Source: Balanoglossus misakiensis
Taxonomy: Eukaryota > Animalia > Hemichordata
Assembly (NCBI GenBank): GCA_040954595.2
Contig: CM082576.2
Span: 20,011,028 to 20,075,027, forward strand
Direction of reading: 5' to 3'
Length of the DNA stretch: 64,000 bases
In this document: positions 20,421 to 33,260 of the stretch, piece by piece
Layout of the letters: each line of letters starts with the position of its first letter
Numbering within the stretch: the stretch's first letter is position 1
Program-made: the position numbers and the translations under genes
Notes under the pieces: generated by a model
Seen by the model: only the letters and a program-made list of their open reading frames with translations
What the model was told of the DNA's origin: nothing
The model's database searches: none

Positions 20421-22580
20421 ATTTTGTCTTGGGTGATTTAAATTATACCGCCTTTTCTGGAATTTGCAGCACTTTTTACATGAGAACGACACTTCATGCT
20501 CCATAATATTTCCGAAAATGAAGAAAAGAGTTAATTTTTTATGATTTTTTAAAAAATTACCATTTTTGTCAAAATATGGCCAAAATGGCTATTTTTTCTT
20601 GAATTCCGTCAATATCTCTGCATTTTTGGAGTGGTCGAAAGTTTTAACATACAATCAACATGTCATATATGATCAGGGCACCAAATTCGAAGAACAAAGG
20701 TTTTTTTATTTGTTTTTCTAAAAATGAGACATTTTCAAGGAAAATTTGGTAAAACGCCATTTTGTCTACAGTGAGCCAAATTAGACGGTCTTTTGTGGAA
20801 TTTGTATCGATATATACATACGAAGAGCATTCTATACTCCATCAGATTTCCGAAAATGTAGAAAACAGGTTTTTTTGTAATTTTCAAAAAATTACCATTT
20901 TGACCAAATTGTGGCTAAAATTGTTATTTTCGTGTTGAATGCCGCCAGTGTCACTGCTTTTAAAAGTCATAAAAACTTTTAACATACAAGCAATTGTTTA
21001 TATATGATCAGGTCACCGAATTAAAAAAATAAAGAATGTTATGCCTAAAAATGACCTTTTTGGTGCAAAAACGAATAAAACGCAATTTTGTATTAAATCA
21101 GCTCATTCAGAGTGCATTTTTTATAATCAGCACCATTTTTACATATAATGGAAATTTCATACATCATCAGATATCCAAATATGAAAAAATGATTTAGATT
21201 TTAGATGATTGTCCAAAATTAGCTGATATCTAATAAATGTAGTATTGAACCGTTCTGTTCCCCCCCCCCTACATTATATGCCGTACGCCGATGTCAGCTT
21301 ACCCGGCAGTACTGCAGGCCGTGCCCCCAACTAACGTCGGTGTTTGAAACGCCCTGGTTAAATTCGGGCTTTCTCGATAAATTGACGGGAAATAACGCAG
21401 TCCTACCCGAACAAATGTCAAGTGTTGAACCGCTGTGACTTTCCCTCTTAGTTTGCCCGACTTAGCCAACGTCTTTGTACTAGAGTGTCGGGTCTTTTGC
21501 AGAGCCAGGCCGAAGGAAATCCGACTTGATCACCGTTGCTAACGAACGCTAGTGTCTGTCATGGTGTGCCGGGGTTTTAGTCGAGCCAGGCCATAGGAGA
21601 TCTGACTTGATCATCGTGGTCAATGTACGCGTGTTTCCGCTCGAAAGTGCCGGGGCTTCAGCTAAACCAGGCCGTAGGAAATCCGACGTAATCACCGTTC
21701 TTAACTTACGCCAGTCTGTGTCATATAGAGCCGGTGCACCAGCCGACTCACGCCGTAGGAAATCTGACTTGATCAACGTGGTCTCTGTACGCGTGTTTCT
21801 GCTCTAGAGTGCCAGGGCTTCAGCCAAGCCATGCCGTAGGAAATCTGACTTGATCAACGTTGCTAACGAACGCTAGTGTCTGTCATAGTGTGCCGGGGTT
21901 TTAGTCGAGCCAAGCCGTAGGAGATCAGCCTTGATCAACGTGGTCAATGTACGCCTGTTTCTGCTCTAGAGTGCCGGGGCTTCAGCTGAGCCAGGCCGTA
22001 GGAAACCCGACGTGATTACAGTTGTTAACTTACGCCAGTCTGTGTCCTATATATAGTGCGGGGGCATCAGCCGTACCAGGCCGAAGGAAATGTGAGTAGA
22101 TCAACGTGGTCTCTGTACGCGTGTTTCTGCTCTAGAGTGCCAGGGCTTTAGCCAAGCCATGCCGTAGGAAATCTGACTTGATCAACGTTGCTACGGAACG
22201 CTAGTGTCTGTCATAGTGTGCCGGGGTTTTAGTCGAGCCAAGCCGTAGGAGATCAGACTTGATCAACGTGGTCTCTGTACGCGTGTTTCTGCTCTAGAGT
22301 GCCGGGGCTTTATCCAAGCCATGCCGTAGAAAATCTGACTTGATCAACGTTGCTAACGTACGCTAGTGTCTGTCATATTGTGACGGAGATTTAGCCGAGC
22401 CAGGCCGTAGAAAAATCGACTTGTTCAACGTTACCAGTGTGCAACTGTTTCTGCTCTAGAGTGTCAGGGTTTTAGCCGACTTATGCTGTAGGAAATCTGA
22501 GTTGATGAACGGGAATTCAATGTTAGAAAACCCGTGTGGAAAGTATCTCTACCCGTTTGAAACTAAGAAAAGAATTTATT

Positions 22581-23732
22581 AGGGGCACAAGCCTATCGGG
22601 CTTGTGCCCCTATTGGTATTGTTGGAATATTTCTTCTTTATTATTATTCTTCTTCCGAGAAATATGTCATTGTACATCTGGAAAACCGCAGCACCTAGGG
22701 GGCTGAAACTTGGTAGGGTGGTAGGGGCCAATGGGTAGACGTGCAGTGGCTCGTGAATATTTAATTAGTCACGTGACCTGGCGGCCATATTGGATTTCCT
22801 GAAAATCGTTAAACGAGTCCTTCTCAAAAACCACTGGGCTGATCGAGTTCAAATTTGGTGTGCAGGTAGCCTACCTTCTGTCCATCATTTTAGCCCATTG
22901 AAATCATGACGTCACACAAATTTTTTTTGCTACAATTGTTTTTCTGAATCACTACTTAAAACTTTAAAAATCTTCTTCTCCAGAACCAGCGATTGCCGAG
23001 TCACGGGATTCGGGGTATGTGGTCACCTAACCTATGTCTATCAAGTTTGCGAAGCGCACTGTGATTGGTCGATCATTATGGCGGCCATGTTGGATTTTCG
23101 GAAAACCATTGAAAAATGAAAATTCCGTTTTGTAGCCAAAATGTTGACAGCATAAAAATTCTTTTTTCGGATATGAGTCATCATATGACCGGAAGTTGTC
23201 ACAATTTTTCGGGGCAATTTTCACATGACCTTTGACCCGGTTTTAAAACAACTAATTATATATGCATATTCCCCATACCTCCTCTTGTCAAAGCACCACA
23301 GTCATGAATTTTGTGGACATGGGTACCAATGCTGCCAGGACATGACACAAATATTTTGGTAATTTTGGCAATGACCCTTGACCTATTTCTGAAACATCAT
23401 TTTTCTGCATATATAATTCCAGGCTAACCAATAGGGCTAGAGGTTTGGTTTTAGTTGGACATGGCCCACTCTGGGGTCAAAATTTTATGCCTTACACTAG
23501 ACCTCATTAATTATGCGCATACCTAATTCTAGGCGAACCAATAAAGCTAGGGGCTGGTTTTTGTTGGACCTAGACTAGTATGGATTCCGATTTTTTTGCC
23601 CAAATTTGGGGTGACCTCAGGTGACCTTTGACCTACTTTCCCATATCTTGGTATCCACAGCAGATACAGCCTTGGCATTTGCTGTTTACCATGGGAACCG
23701 CTTGTGCCCCGCCAACGCTGCTTGCAGCTTTA
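22581..23732 (+). mobile_element. Non-autonomous Helentron/DINE-1-like (HINE) element, ~1.15 kb
   Basis: 5' palindrome TAGGGGCACAAGC-CTATCGG-GCTTGTGCCCCTA, a TTC/TTA microsatellite, 3' subTIR GCTTGTGCCCC (23700-23710) and 3' stem-loop GCTGC-TT-GCAGC (23717-23728). Inserted in T-rich GAATTTATTCTT; ends ambiguous by ~3 bp. Confidence 0.82.
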
Positions 23733-23987
23733 ATTCTTATTTATTTTGTAAAAAAGACAATTTTTCGAAAAAAAAGTCGAAAATGGTAATTTTGTCTTGG
23801 GTGATTCAAATTATACCGCCTTTTCTGGAATTTGCAGCACTTTTTACAAGAGAACGACACTTCATGCTCCATAATATTTCCGAAAATGAAGAAAAGAGTT
23901 AATTTTTTATGATTTTTTAAAAATTTACCATTTTTGTCAAAATATGGCCAAAATGGCTATTTTCTCTTGAATTCCGTCAATATCTCT

Positions 23988-24338
23988 TAGTCCGTGGGCT
24001 GAAGGGGTCCACCAGGCACCCCCCCCCCATAAACCTACCACTTGGGTATTTTTTGTTCTTTAGAACGTGCTGAACAAGAAAAAAGATGTTAACATTGACT
24101 ATTTTGGGTTGCACTACCCCTCCGGGGTGGTTTTTGAATGGTATGTGCCGCGAAAAATGGGTTGGGGTAGGGGGTACTATATTCTCTCCTAAAAAAATAA
24201 AACTACCATGAAATTACATAAACCTCATATTTTTAGAAAGCTTAGATACTGGTCTTTACGGGAAGCACAAACTTTATTAAACAATATTTATGAATATTTA
24301 ATTAGATTATTTTTAAATTAATTTTTTCGGCAATTTTG
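23988..24338 (+). repeat. Left TIR of Academ-like element
   Basis: Reverse complement of 27432-27799 with a few substitutions and small indels. Confidence 0.93.
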
Positions 24339-26921
24339 CACCAATAAAACCATCGGTTAGCTGTGCCTGAGTGTTGGCTCCACAATAACTGAGGACGAAG
24401 ACATCCTTCGTGAACAATCTAAGTTTTACCGGAATCTATATGCGGCTACCAAAAACGTTGCTTGCAATATTGATCAGTTAGATAATTTTATGCAGCATGG
24501 AAATACTTTGCCTACTTTTAGTACTGAGGAACGGGATTCTTTGGAAGGGGCCCTGTCTAAGCATGAATGTGGAGTAGTGTTGAAGTCAATAGCAAATAAT
24601 AAGTCACCAGGAACAGACGGTTTTTCTGCCGAAATTTTTTTGGCCCGACATTGGTGTTTATATAGCCCGTGCAATTAATTCCGCCTACTCCTCAGGCGAA
24701 ATGTCTATTTCTCAAAAGCGGGGAATTGTTACTTGTATCCCGAAACCCAACAAGAATAGATTTCACATGAAAAATTGGCGCCGTATTACATTGCTAAACA
24801 TGGATGATAAGATTGCATCTGGTGTTATAGCAAACCGTATGAAACGGTTCTTGCCAAAAATTATTCACCCTGACTAGAAAGTTTTTTTGAGGAAAGGAAG
24901 GTATATTGGTGAAAATACACGTTTGATTGATGATGTATTGTTAACTTCAAAGATAGACAAGGTTTTCTTGTACTTCTAGACTTTGAAATGGCGTTTGACA
25001 CGCTTTCTTGGGAATTTATCGATAAAGCATTGAGAAAGTTTAATTTTTATCCCTCTTTCAGAAAATGGGTCAAAGTGTTTTACAAAAACACCACTAGTTG
25101 TGTTATAAATAACGGAAACTTTCCTGATTTTTCCCCTCGAGAGAGGTGTTAGACAAGGTGATCCTCTATCACCGTACCTGTTTATCACCTGTGTTGAAAA
25201 ACTTGCGCATGAAATCAGAGCCCATAGTAATATAGAAGGAATTACACTTAGAGATAAAAAAAAATTACTGGGGCAATACGCAGATGATATTTTTGTATAT
25301 TTAGATGGTTCTGAAAGTTCTCTGACAAATCTGTTTGCTACCTTGGGTTTCTTTACTTTTCTGTCGGGTTTGCGAATTAACTACCAAAAAACTAAATTGG
25401 TTTGGTTTGGCGCTAAATGCCATTCACATGATATTTTGTTGCCAAACAAGAACTTATTATGGGTTGATGAACCGTTAACAGTTCTTGGTATTAACCTGAA
25501 CGTTGATCTTGTTGGGCTCGATATGTTAAATTTTACACCAAAAGTAAGGGAAGTGTCCACACTGCTTACTAAGTGGTCATGGCGACCTGTGACCTTATTT
25601 GGCAAGATTACAATAGCTAAAACACTTGCTTTGTCAAAGTTTATTCATATTTTCTCATCCTTACCTCCCATGTCAGATAATCAAATATGTACACTTATTA
25701 GAGTTTTATCGGAATTCAAAACCCGATAAAGTCAATAGATTAAGATTATGTTGTAATTGTGATGAGTGGGGTTTGCGAATGACGCATCTTCCCTCATTCG
25801 TTCAAGCAGTGCATGCTTCGTGGATTAACAGATTAATGTCCAATCAATATTCTCAGTGGATAGAAATGTTTAAACTGTGGGTATATCCCCTGCTATCTTA
25901 CCCACTTCACCCCCGCTCAGGTCGTGGAGTTTGCCAGAAACAGATTTTCACGTCATAGCTTCTGGTACTCAGTACTACTATGTTGGTCAAACCCCCCCCC
26001 CCCCGACCCTATTAATAACATAAAAAAGTGTATATGGTTCAACCAGAGCTGAAAGTTAACAACGCTACCATATTTTATAAAAACTGGTATGATAATGTTG
26101 TAATGTATATTTCGGATTTATTAGATTTTTCCGGTTCCATTTTATCTTTCCAAGATTTTAGTAACAGACATAATTTTTCACCAAACTTCATATGGGTTTA
26201 ATCAACGCTATTCCAAGATCACGGTTCAGAAAGATTCAGCAACAAGGCTCTGTAAATAATGACCACCCAAACATGTTTTACACAAATAGATCCTGAAAAA
26301 AACCTACTCTATTTTACTTATAATAAGTTATTTTTGAAGAATAATCTTAAACCGATGAGATGTACGCAAAAATGGAAAGACCTCTTCGGGAATTTTGATT
26401 CGCAATTACACTATGCTTTACCATTTATTGTAACAAAGGATTCTACTTTGCGTAATTTTCAATTCAGAACTGCTAGTAGAATCTGTACTACAAATACATT
26501 TTTAAAGATAAGGGGGAAAATGCGATTCTGTGAAATGCACCTTCTGTGAAAATTATGAGGAAATCCTTATACATTTATTTTTCGAATGCGACTGTATTTT
26601 GTCTTTTTGGAAGGATGTAGAGTTGCAATTACAGACAAAGTGTAATATTGCCATTGAGCTGTCCCCTTTTGATGTTTTGGTGGGTATAAAATAGAATTTT
26701 CAAAGTAACCACACAAACGGTGAGTGGTTAGCCCTGAATTACTTTATATTACTTTCAAAGAATGTTATCTTTAAATATAAATTTAAGCCAGTATTGCCAA
26801 ACCTTCGCACATTTTTATCTTACCTCAATAATATACAAAAAATTGATACTTACCAAGCAAAGGCGATGGAGAATCACACACACTACAGGTACTGGAATAT
26901 TTTCAAAAACTTCTGTACTTG
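24339..26921 (+). pseudogene. Decayed L1/Tx1-clade ORF2 fragment (RT and C-terminal zinc knuckle)
   Basis: Across frames: ILREQSKFYRNLY, NKSPGTDGF, KNWRRITLLN, LDFEMAFD, RGVRQGDPLSPYLF, QYADD (~25274) and CTFC....E...HLFFEC (~26540-26590). Many stops and frameshifts. Confidence 0.9.
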
Positions 26922-27431
26922 AACATTTTGTTTTCTTTTGAGATGTAGAGATGTTTTGTCTAGTTTATGACAATAAAAATAATAATCCAAACCTAAAAAG
27001 TTGTCAAAAATTTGCTTCACAAAAAGAAAAATCACAATAGTTGCTTTGTCTTTGGGGTGAATATTTTCAAAATTGCCGAAGAAAATAATTTAAAAATCAT
27101 ATAATTAAATAATCAAAAATTAATTTTACTCCCCGTAAAGAGCAGTGTCTAAGCTTTCTAAAAATATAAGGTTTATGTACTTTGAAGTTAACTTTATTGT
27201 TGTAGGAGAGGATATAGTACCCCCTACCCCAAGACCATGCGTAATCCCATAGGATACATGCAATTCAAAGTTGTCTCTAAAGAAGTATTGTATTGTTATA
27301 TAACTAATGTTAACATTTGTTTTCTTGTTTAATAAATAGAAGTCAATAATCCAAACCCCCAAAAGATGTCAAAAATTTGCTTCACAAAAAGAAAATCACA
27401 ATTGTTGCGTTGTCTTTGGGGTGAATATTTT

Positions 27432-27799
27432 CAAAATTGCCGAAAAAATTAATTTAAAAATCATCTAATTAAATATTCATAAATATTGTTTAATAAAGTT
27501 TGTGCTTCCCGTAAAGAGCAGTATCTAAGCTTTCTAAAAATATAAGGTTTATGTAATTTCATGGTAGTTTTATTTTTTAGGAGAGAATATAGTACCCCCT
27601 ACCCCAACCCATTTTTCGCCATTTTGAGCGGCACATACCATTCAAAAACCACCCCGGAGGGGTAGTGCAACCCAAAATATTCAATGTTAACATCTTTTTT
27701 TCTTGTTCAGCACGTTCTAAAGAACAAAAAAATACCCAAGTGGTAGGTTTATGGGGGGGGGGGGGGGGTGCTCGGTGGACCCCTCCAGCCCACGGACTA
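27432..27799 (-). repeat. Right TIR of Academ-like element
   Basis: Inverted copy of 23988-24338. Confidence 0.93.
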
Positions 27800-30700
27800 T
27801 CTGCATTTTTGGAGTGGTCGAAAGTTTTAACATACAATCAACATGTCATATATGATCAGGGCACCAAATTCGAAGAACAAACGTTTTTTTAGTTTTTTTT
27901 TCTAAAAATGACATTTTCAAGGAAAATTTGGTAAAACGCAATTTTGTCTGCAGTGAGCCAAATTAGACGGTCTTTTGTGGAATTTGTATCGATATATACA
28001 TACGAAGAGCATTCTATACTCCATCAGATTTCCGAAAATGTAGAAAACAGGTATTTTTTGTAATTTTCAAAAATTTACCATTTCGACCTAATTGTTATTT
28101 TCGTGTTGAATGCCGCCAGTGTCACTGCTTTTAAAAGTCATAAAAACTTTTAACATACAAGCAATTGTTTATATATGATCAGGTCACCGAATTAAAAAAA
28201 ATAAAGAATGTTTTGCCTAAAAATGACCTTTTTGGTGTAAAAACGAATAAAATGCAATTTTGTATTAAATCAGCTCATTCAGAGTGCATTTTTTATAATC
28301 AGCACCAATTTTACATATAATGGAAATTTCCTACATCATCAGATATCCAAATATGAAAAAATGATTTAGATTTTAGATGATTTTCCAAAATTAGCTGATA
28401 TCTAATAAATGTAGTAATGAACTGTTCCGTTTCCCCCCCCCCTCCCTTACATTATATGCGGTACACCGATTTCAGCTTACCCGGCAGTACTGCAGGCCGT
28501 GCCCCCAACTAACGTCGGTGTTTGAAACGCCCTGGTTAAATTCTGGCTTTCTCTATAAATTGACAGGCAATAATGCAGTCCTACCCGAACAAATGTCGAG
28601 TGTTGACCCGCTGTGACTTTCCCTCTTCGGTTTGCCCGACTTAGCCATCGTCTTTGTACTAGAGTGTCCGGTCTTTTGCAGAGCCAGGCCGAAGGAAATC
28701 CGACTTGATCACCGTTGCTAACGAACGATAGTGTCTGTCATGGTGTGCCGGGGTTTTAGTCGAGCCAGGCGTAGGAGATCTGACTTGATCATCGTGGTCA
28801 ATGTACGCGTGTTTCCGCTCTAAAGTGCCGGGGCTTCAGCTAAACCAGGCCGTAGGAAATCCGACGTAATCACCGTTGATAACTTACGCCAGTCTGTGTC
28901 ATATAGAGCCGGTGCACCAGCTGAGTCACGTCGTAGGAAATCTGACTTGATCAACGTGGTCAATGTACGCCTGTTTCTGCTCTAGAGTGCCGGGGCTTCA
29001 GCTGAGCCAGGCCGTAGGAAACCCGACGTGATTACCGTTGTTAACCTACGCCAGTCTGTGTCCTATATATAGTGCCGGAGCATCAGCCGTGCCAGGCCGA
29101 AGGAAATGTGAGTAGATCAACGTGGTCTCTGTACGCGTGTTTCTGCTCTAGAGTGCCAGGGCTTTAGCCAAGCCATGCCGTAGGAAATCTGACTTGATCA
29201 ACGTTGCTAACGAACGCTAGTGTCTGTCATAGTGTGCCGGGGTTTTAGTCGAGCCAAGCCGTAGGAGATCAGACTTGATCAACGTGGTCTCTGTAGGCGT
29301 GTTTCTGCTCTAGAGTGCCGGGGCTTTATCCAAGCCATGCCGTAGAAAATCTGACTTGATCACCGTTGCTAACGTACGCTAGTGTCTGTCATATTGTGAC
29401 GGAGATTTAGCCGAGCCAGGCCGTAGAAAAATCGACTTGTTCAACGTTACCAGTGTGCAACTGTTTCTGCTCTAGAGTGTCAGGGTTTTAGCCGACTTAT
29501 GCTGTAGGAAATCTGAGTTGATGAACGGGAATTCAATGTTAGAAAACCCGTGTGGAAAGTATCTCTACCCGTTTGAAACTAAGAAAAGAATTTATTCTTA
29601 TTTATTTTGTAAAAAAGACAATTTTTCGAAAAAAAAGTCGAAAATGGTAATTTTGTCTTGGGTGATTCAAATTATACCGCCTTTTCTGGAATTTGCAGCA
29701 CTTTTTACAAGAGAACGACACTTCATGCTCCATAATATTTCCGAAAATGAAGAAAAGAGTTAATTTTTTATGATTTTTTAAAAATTTACCATTTTTGTCA
29801 AAATATGGCCAAAAATGGCTATTTTTTCTTGAATTCCGTCAATATCTCTGCATTTTTGGAGTGGTCGAAAGTTTTAACATACAATCAACATGTCATATAT
29901 GATCAGGGCACCAAATTCGAAGAACAAAGGTTTTTTTATTTGTTTTTCTAAAAATGACATTTTCAAGGAAAATTTGGTAAAACGCAATTTTGTCTGCAGT
30001 GAGCCAAATTAGACGGTCTTTTGTGGAATTTGTATCGATATATACATACGAAGAGCATTCTATACTCCATCAGATTTCCGAAAATGTAGAAAACAGGTTT
30101 TTTTGTAATTTTCAAAAATTTACCATTTTGACCAAATTGTGGCTAAAATTGTTATTTTCGTGTTGAATGCCGCCAGTGTCACAGCTTTTAAAAGTCATAA
30201 AAACTTTTAACATACAAGCAATTGTTTATATATGATCAGGTCAACGAATTAAAAAAATAAAGAATGTTTTGCCTAAAAATGACCTTTTTGGTGTAAAAAC
30301 GAATAAAACGCAATTTTGTATTAAATCAGAATGCATTTTTTATAATCAGCACCATTTTTACATATAATGGAAATTTCATACATCATCAGATATCCAAATA
30401 TGAAAAAATGATTTAGATTTTAAATGATTGTCCAAAATTAGCGGATATCTAATAAATGTAGTATTGAACCGTTCTGTCCCCCCCCCCCCACATTATATGC
30501 GGTACGCCGATGTCAGCTTACCCGGCAGTACTGCAGGCCGTGCCCCCAACTAACGTCGGTGTTTGAAACGCCCTGGTTAAATTCGGGCTTTCTCTATAAA
30601 TTGACAGGCAATAATGCAGTCCTACCCGAACAAATGTCAAGTGTTGAACGGCTGTGACTTTCCCTCTTCGGTTTGCCCGTCTTAGCCAACGTCTTTGTAC

Positions 30701-31541
30701 TAGAGTGTCGGGTCTTTTGCAGAGCCAGGCCGAAGGAACTCCGACTTGATCACCGTTGCTAACGAACGCTAGTGTCTGTCATGGTGTGCCGGGGTTTTAG
30801 TCGAGCCAGGCCGTAGGAGATCTGACTTGATCATCGTGGTCAATGTACGCGTGTTTCCGCTCGAAAGTGCCGGGGCTTCAGCTAAACCAGGCCGTAGGAA
30901 ATCCGACGTAATCACCGTTGATAACTTACGCCAGTCTGTGTCATATAGAGCCGGTGCACCAGCGGAGTCACGCCGTAGGAAATCGGGCTTGATCAACGTG
31001 GTCAATGTACGCCTGTTTCTGCTCTAGAGTGCCGGGGCTTCAGCTGAGCCAGGCCGTAGGAAACCCGACGTGATTACCGTTGTTAACTTACGCCAGTCTG
31101 TGTCCTATATATAGTGCCGGGGCATCAGCCGTGCCAGGCCGAAGAAAATGTGAGTAGATCAACGAGGTCTCTGTACGCGTGTTTCTGCTCTAGAGTGCCA
31201 GGGCTTTAGCCAAGCCATGCCGTAGGAAATCTCACTTGATCAACGTTGCTAACGAACGCTAGTGTCTGTCATAGTGTGCCGGGGTTTTAGTCGAGCCAAG
31301 CCGTAGGAGATCAGACTTGATCAACGTGGTCTCTGTACGCGTGTTTCTGCTCTAGAGTGCCGGGGCTTTATCCAAGCCATGCCGCAGAAAATCTGACTTG
31401 ATCACCGTTGCTAACGTACGCTAGTGTCTGTCATATTGTGACGGAGATTTAGTCGAGCCAGGCCGTAGAAAAATCGACTTGTTCAACGTTACCAGTGTGC
31501 AACTGTTTCTGCTCTAGAGTGTCAGGGTTTTAGCCGACTTA

Positions 31542-32154
31542 CAGGGAAAATTAATTGAGTGTCCGGTTTGGATTTCTGGGTTTGACAACTTTCTTTATCG
31601 CTGGCCAGTACAGAAGTCAAACATTGTAGCAAGTTGAATTCCAAAGGGAGCGTACGCATATTGTCTCTGCAATGCATTGCTCCACTGCACAGTCACGTAC
31701 ACACAATCAGACTTCGCACGCAATTTGTTTTTAAACTTTCATGCTTTTTTAAAAATAAACCTTCAAACGTTGAACAAGAAAATTCCAGTGGTAGTTCATG
31801 TTAAATAGTTGATTTGTGACCGATAATAAACTGAGTATACAGACGCCATGAAAAGAAATGGAAGTTGAACTTCCACATTGTCCACCCGCATGACAAAGTA
31901 CAACGCTTTCCCAACGCTGAACTCAAAACAATCAACATGACTGAACTTTAAATCGTATCATGACTGCCGATGTTTCAGATTATTCATCTACTATTATATA
32001 GCCAGTGTTTCCGTCAAATACAAAAGTATTTTGCTGTATCTTGGGGCAAGTGATTTCCCTGACGGCATCATATACAGCGACAGACAGGTTGGCATGAAGG
32101 AGTCTTTCACTTTACTGACACTGTTCGACGGGGTTCAGATAGAGAGAATATGCC
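31542..32154 (+). repeat. Left TIR (~610 bp)
   Basis: Near-perfect reverse complement of ~33085-33699. Confidence 0.93.
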
Positions 32155-32320
32155 TCGGTCATCCAACTTGAACTTTTTGCTGACAGATGCTAAAGTACCC
32201 CTTGGAATATATCCTGTATTTCTGTCGGCTCCATTTTCTTCAAGTTCAGACAAAAAAAGTGTTCGCAGATCTCGAACGTCCACGTTGAAATTGCCTACCT
32301 TTGATTGATGTATGAAACAT
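31980..32320 (-). pseudogene. Transposase remnant: paired-like N-terminus fused by deletion to the C-terminus
   Basis: From the ATG at 32320: MFHTSIKGRQFQRGRS / LSELEENGADRNTGYIPRGTLASVSKKFKL, then ..LNPVEQC / LLHANLSVAVYDAVREIT..TGYIIVDE-stop inside the TIR. Confidence 0.65.
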
Positions 32321-32698
32321 TTTGGCTATCTCACTCATCAGAATTGTTGGCTGCAATCATGGACATGCTGCAATGGAAGAAACCAAACCAGCAGAGAGAG
32401 CCATACCCATCGTTTTTCTTTCATTGAAACGTTCAATATTACGCGAGTAATCATGGTGGCCTATTATTTAGTGAATTTTTTGGAAAATATTGACTAGTTC
32501 TCCAAATTTTGCAAACTCTTCCGACAAGATGAGTAAGAAATGCAAGTGTGAGAATGTACGCTCGCGGCCCAAACCCCTCATTAAAAATAGTCGATCTCTG
32601 GCGAAGAAAAGTCGATACTTTTATGCAAATATTGTGCCAAGAAGGCGGAAACTTGAAAGTTGGCCGCGACGTAAACAGTACCTGCAAGTTCCCGCAAA

Positions 32699-32974
32699 AT
32701 GAACACACCCAGAGCAAGTTCGGTTGATGTTGAAGACTTTCTTCGAAATATTGATCCAATGCTTGAAAAATATGCCAGTGATTTTCGTCGGTTGGATTTT
32801 GTGAACACAACTCATATGAAATTTCTGAAACCAAGAGATCTGGAGAAGTTCACGTGCAAAGTTAGTGATGTTCACCGGAGAATGTTGCTGAACGCCGTTG
32901 CAAAACTACAAACACCCAGTTCAAAACTGGGTTTGCGGGATGAAAAAAGCCCAAAGGCGCACGAAGAACTTTAA
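32699..32974 (+). CDS. SAM (sterile alpha motif)-like ORF carried by the transposon, probably truncated
   Basis: VEDFLRNIDPMLEKYASDFRRLDF..MKFLKPRDL...VSDVHRRMLLNAVAKL follows the SAM pattern V..(W/F)L..I..L.KY...F.....L...DL......HR..LL.A...L. Confidence 0.6.
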   Translation: MNTPRASSVDVEDFLRNIDPMLEKYASDFRRLDFVNTTHMKFLKPRDLEKFTCKVSDVHRRMLLNAVAKLQTPSSKLGLRDEKSPKAHEEL

Positions 32975-32978
32975 GAAA

Positions 32979-33260
32979 CAAGGTGACATCGTGATTGCTG
33001 ACAATGCTCCGATACATCACCACGAAGGCGAACTGATTCTCTCAAACTGGTTGGAAACTCTTGGAATGGAATAAACTTTCACTCCGGCATATTCTCCCGA
33101 TCTGAACCCCGTCGAACACTGTCAGTAAAGTGAAAGACTCCTTCATGCCAACCTGTCTGTCGCTGTATATGTTGCCGTTAGGGAAATCACTTGCCCCAAG
33201 ATACAGCAAAATACTTTTGTATTTGACGGAAACACTGGCTATATAATAGTAGATGAATAA
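32979..33260 (+). pseudogene. Second copy of the transposase C-terminus (second D and E of the DDE triad)
   Basis: QGDIVIADNAPIHHHEGELILSNWLETLGME*TFTPAYSPDLNPVEHC, with D at 33000 and E at 33114. Confidence 0.85.

Larger units (their letters stand above)
23988..27799. mobile_element. Non-autonomous TIR DNA transposon (Academ-like) carrying a LINE fragment
   Basis: Termini TAGTCCGTGGGCTG...CAGCCCACGGACTA, 3-bp TSD TCT (23985-23987 and 27800-27802) and ~350-bp TIRs. No transposase, so the superfamily is inferred only from the TAG ends and 3-bp TSD. Confidence 0.8.
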
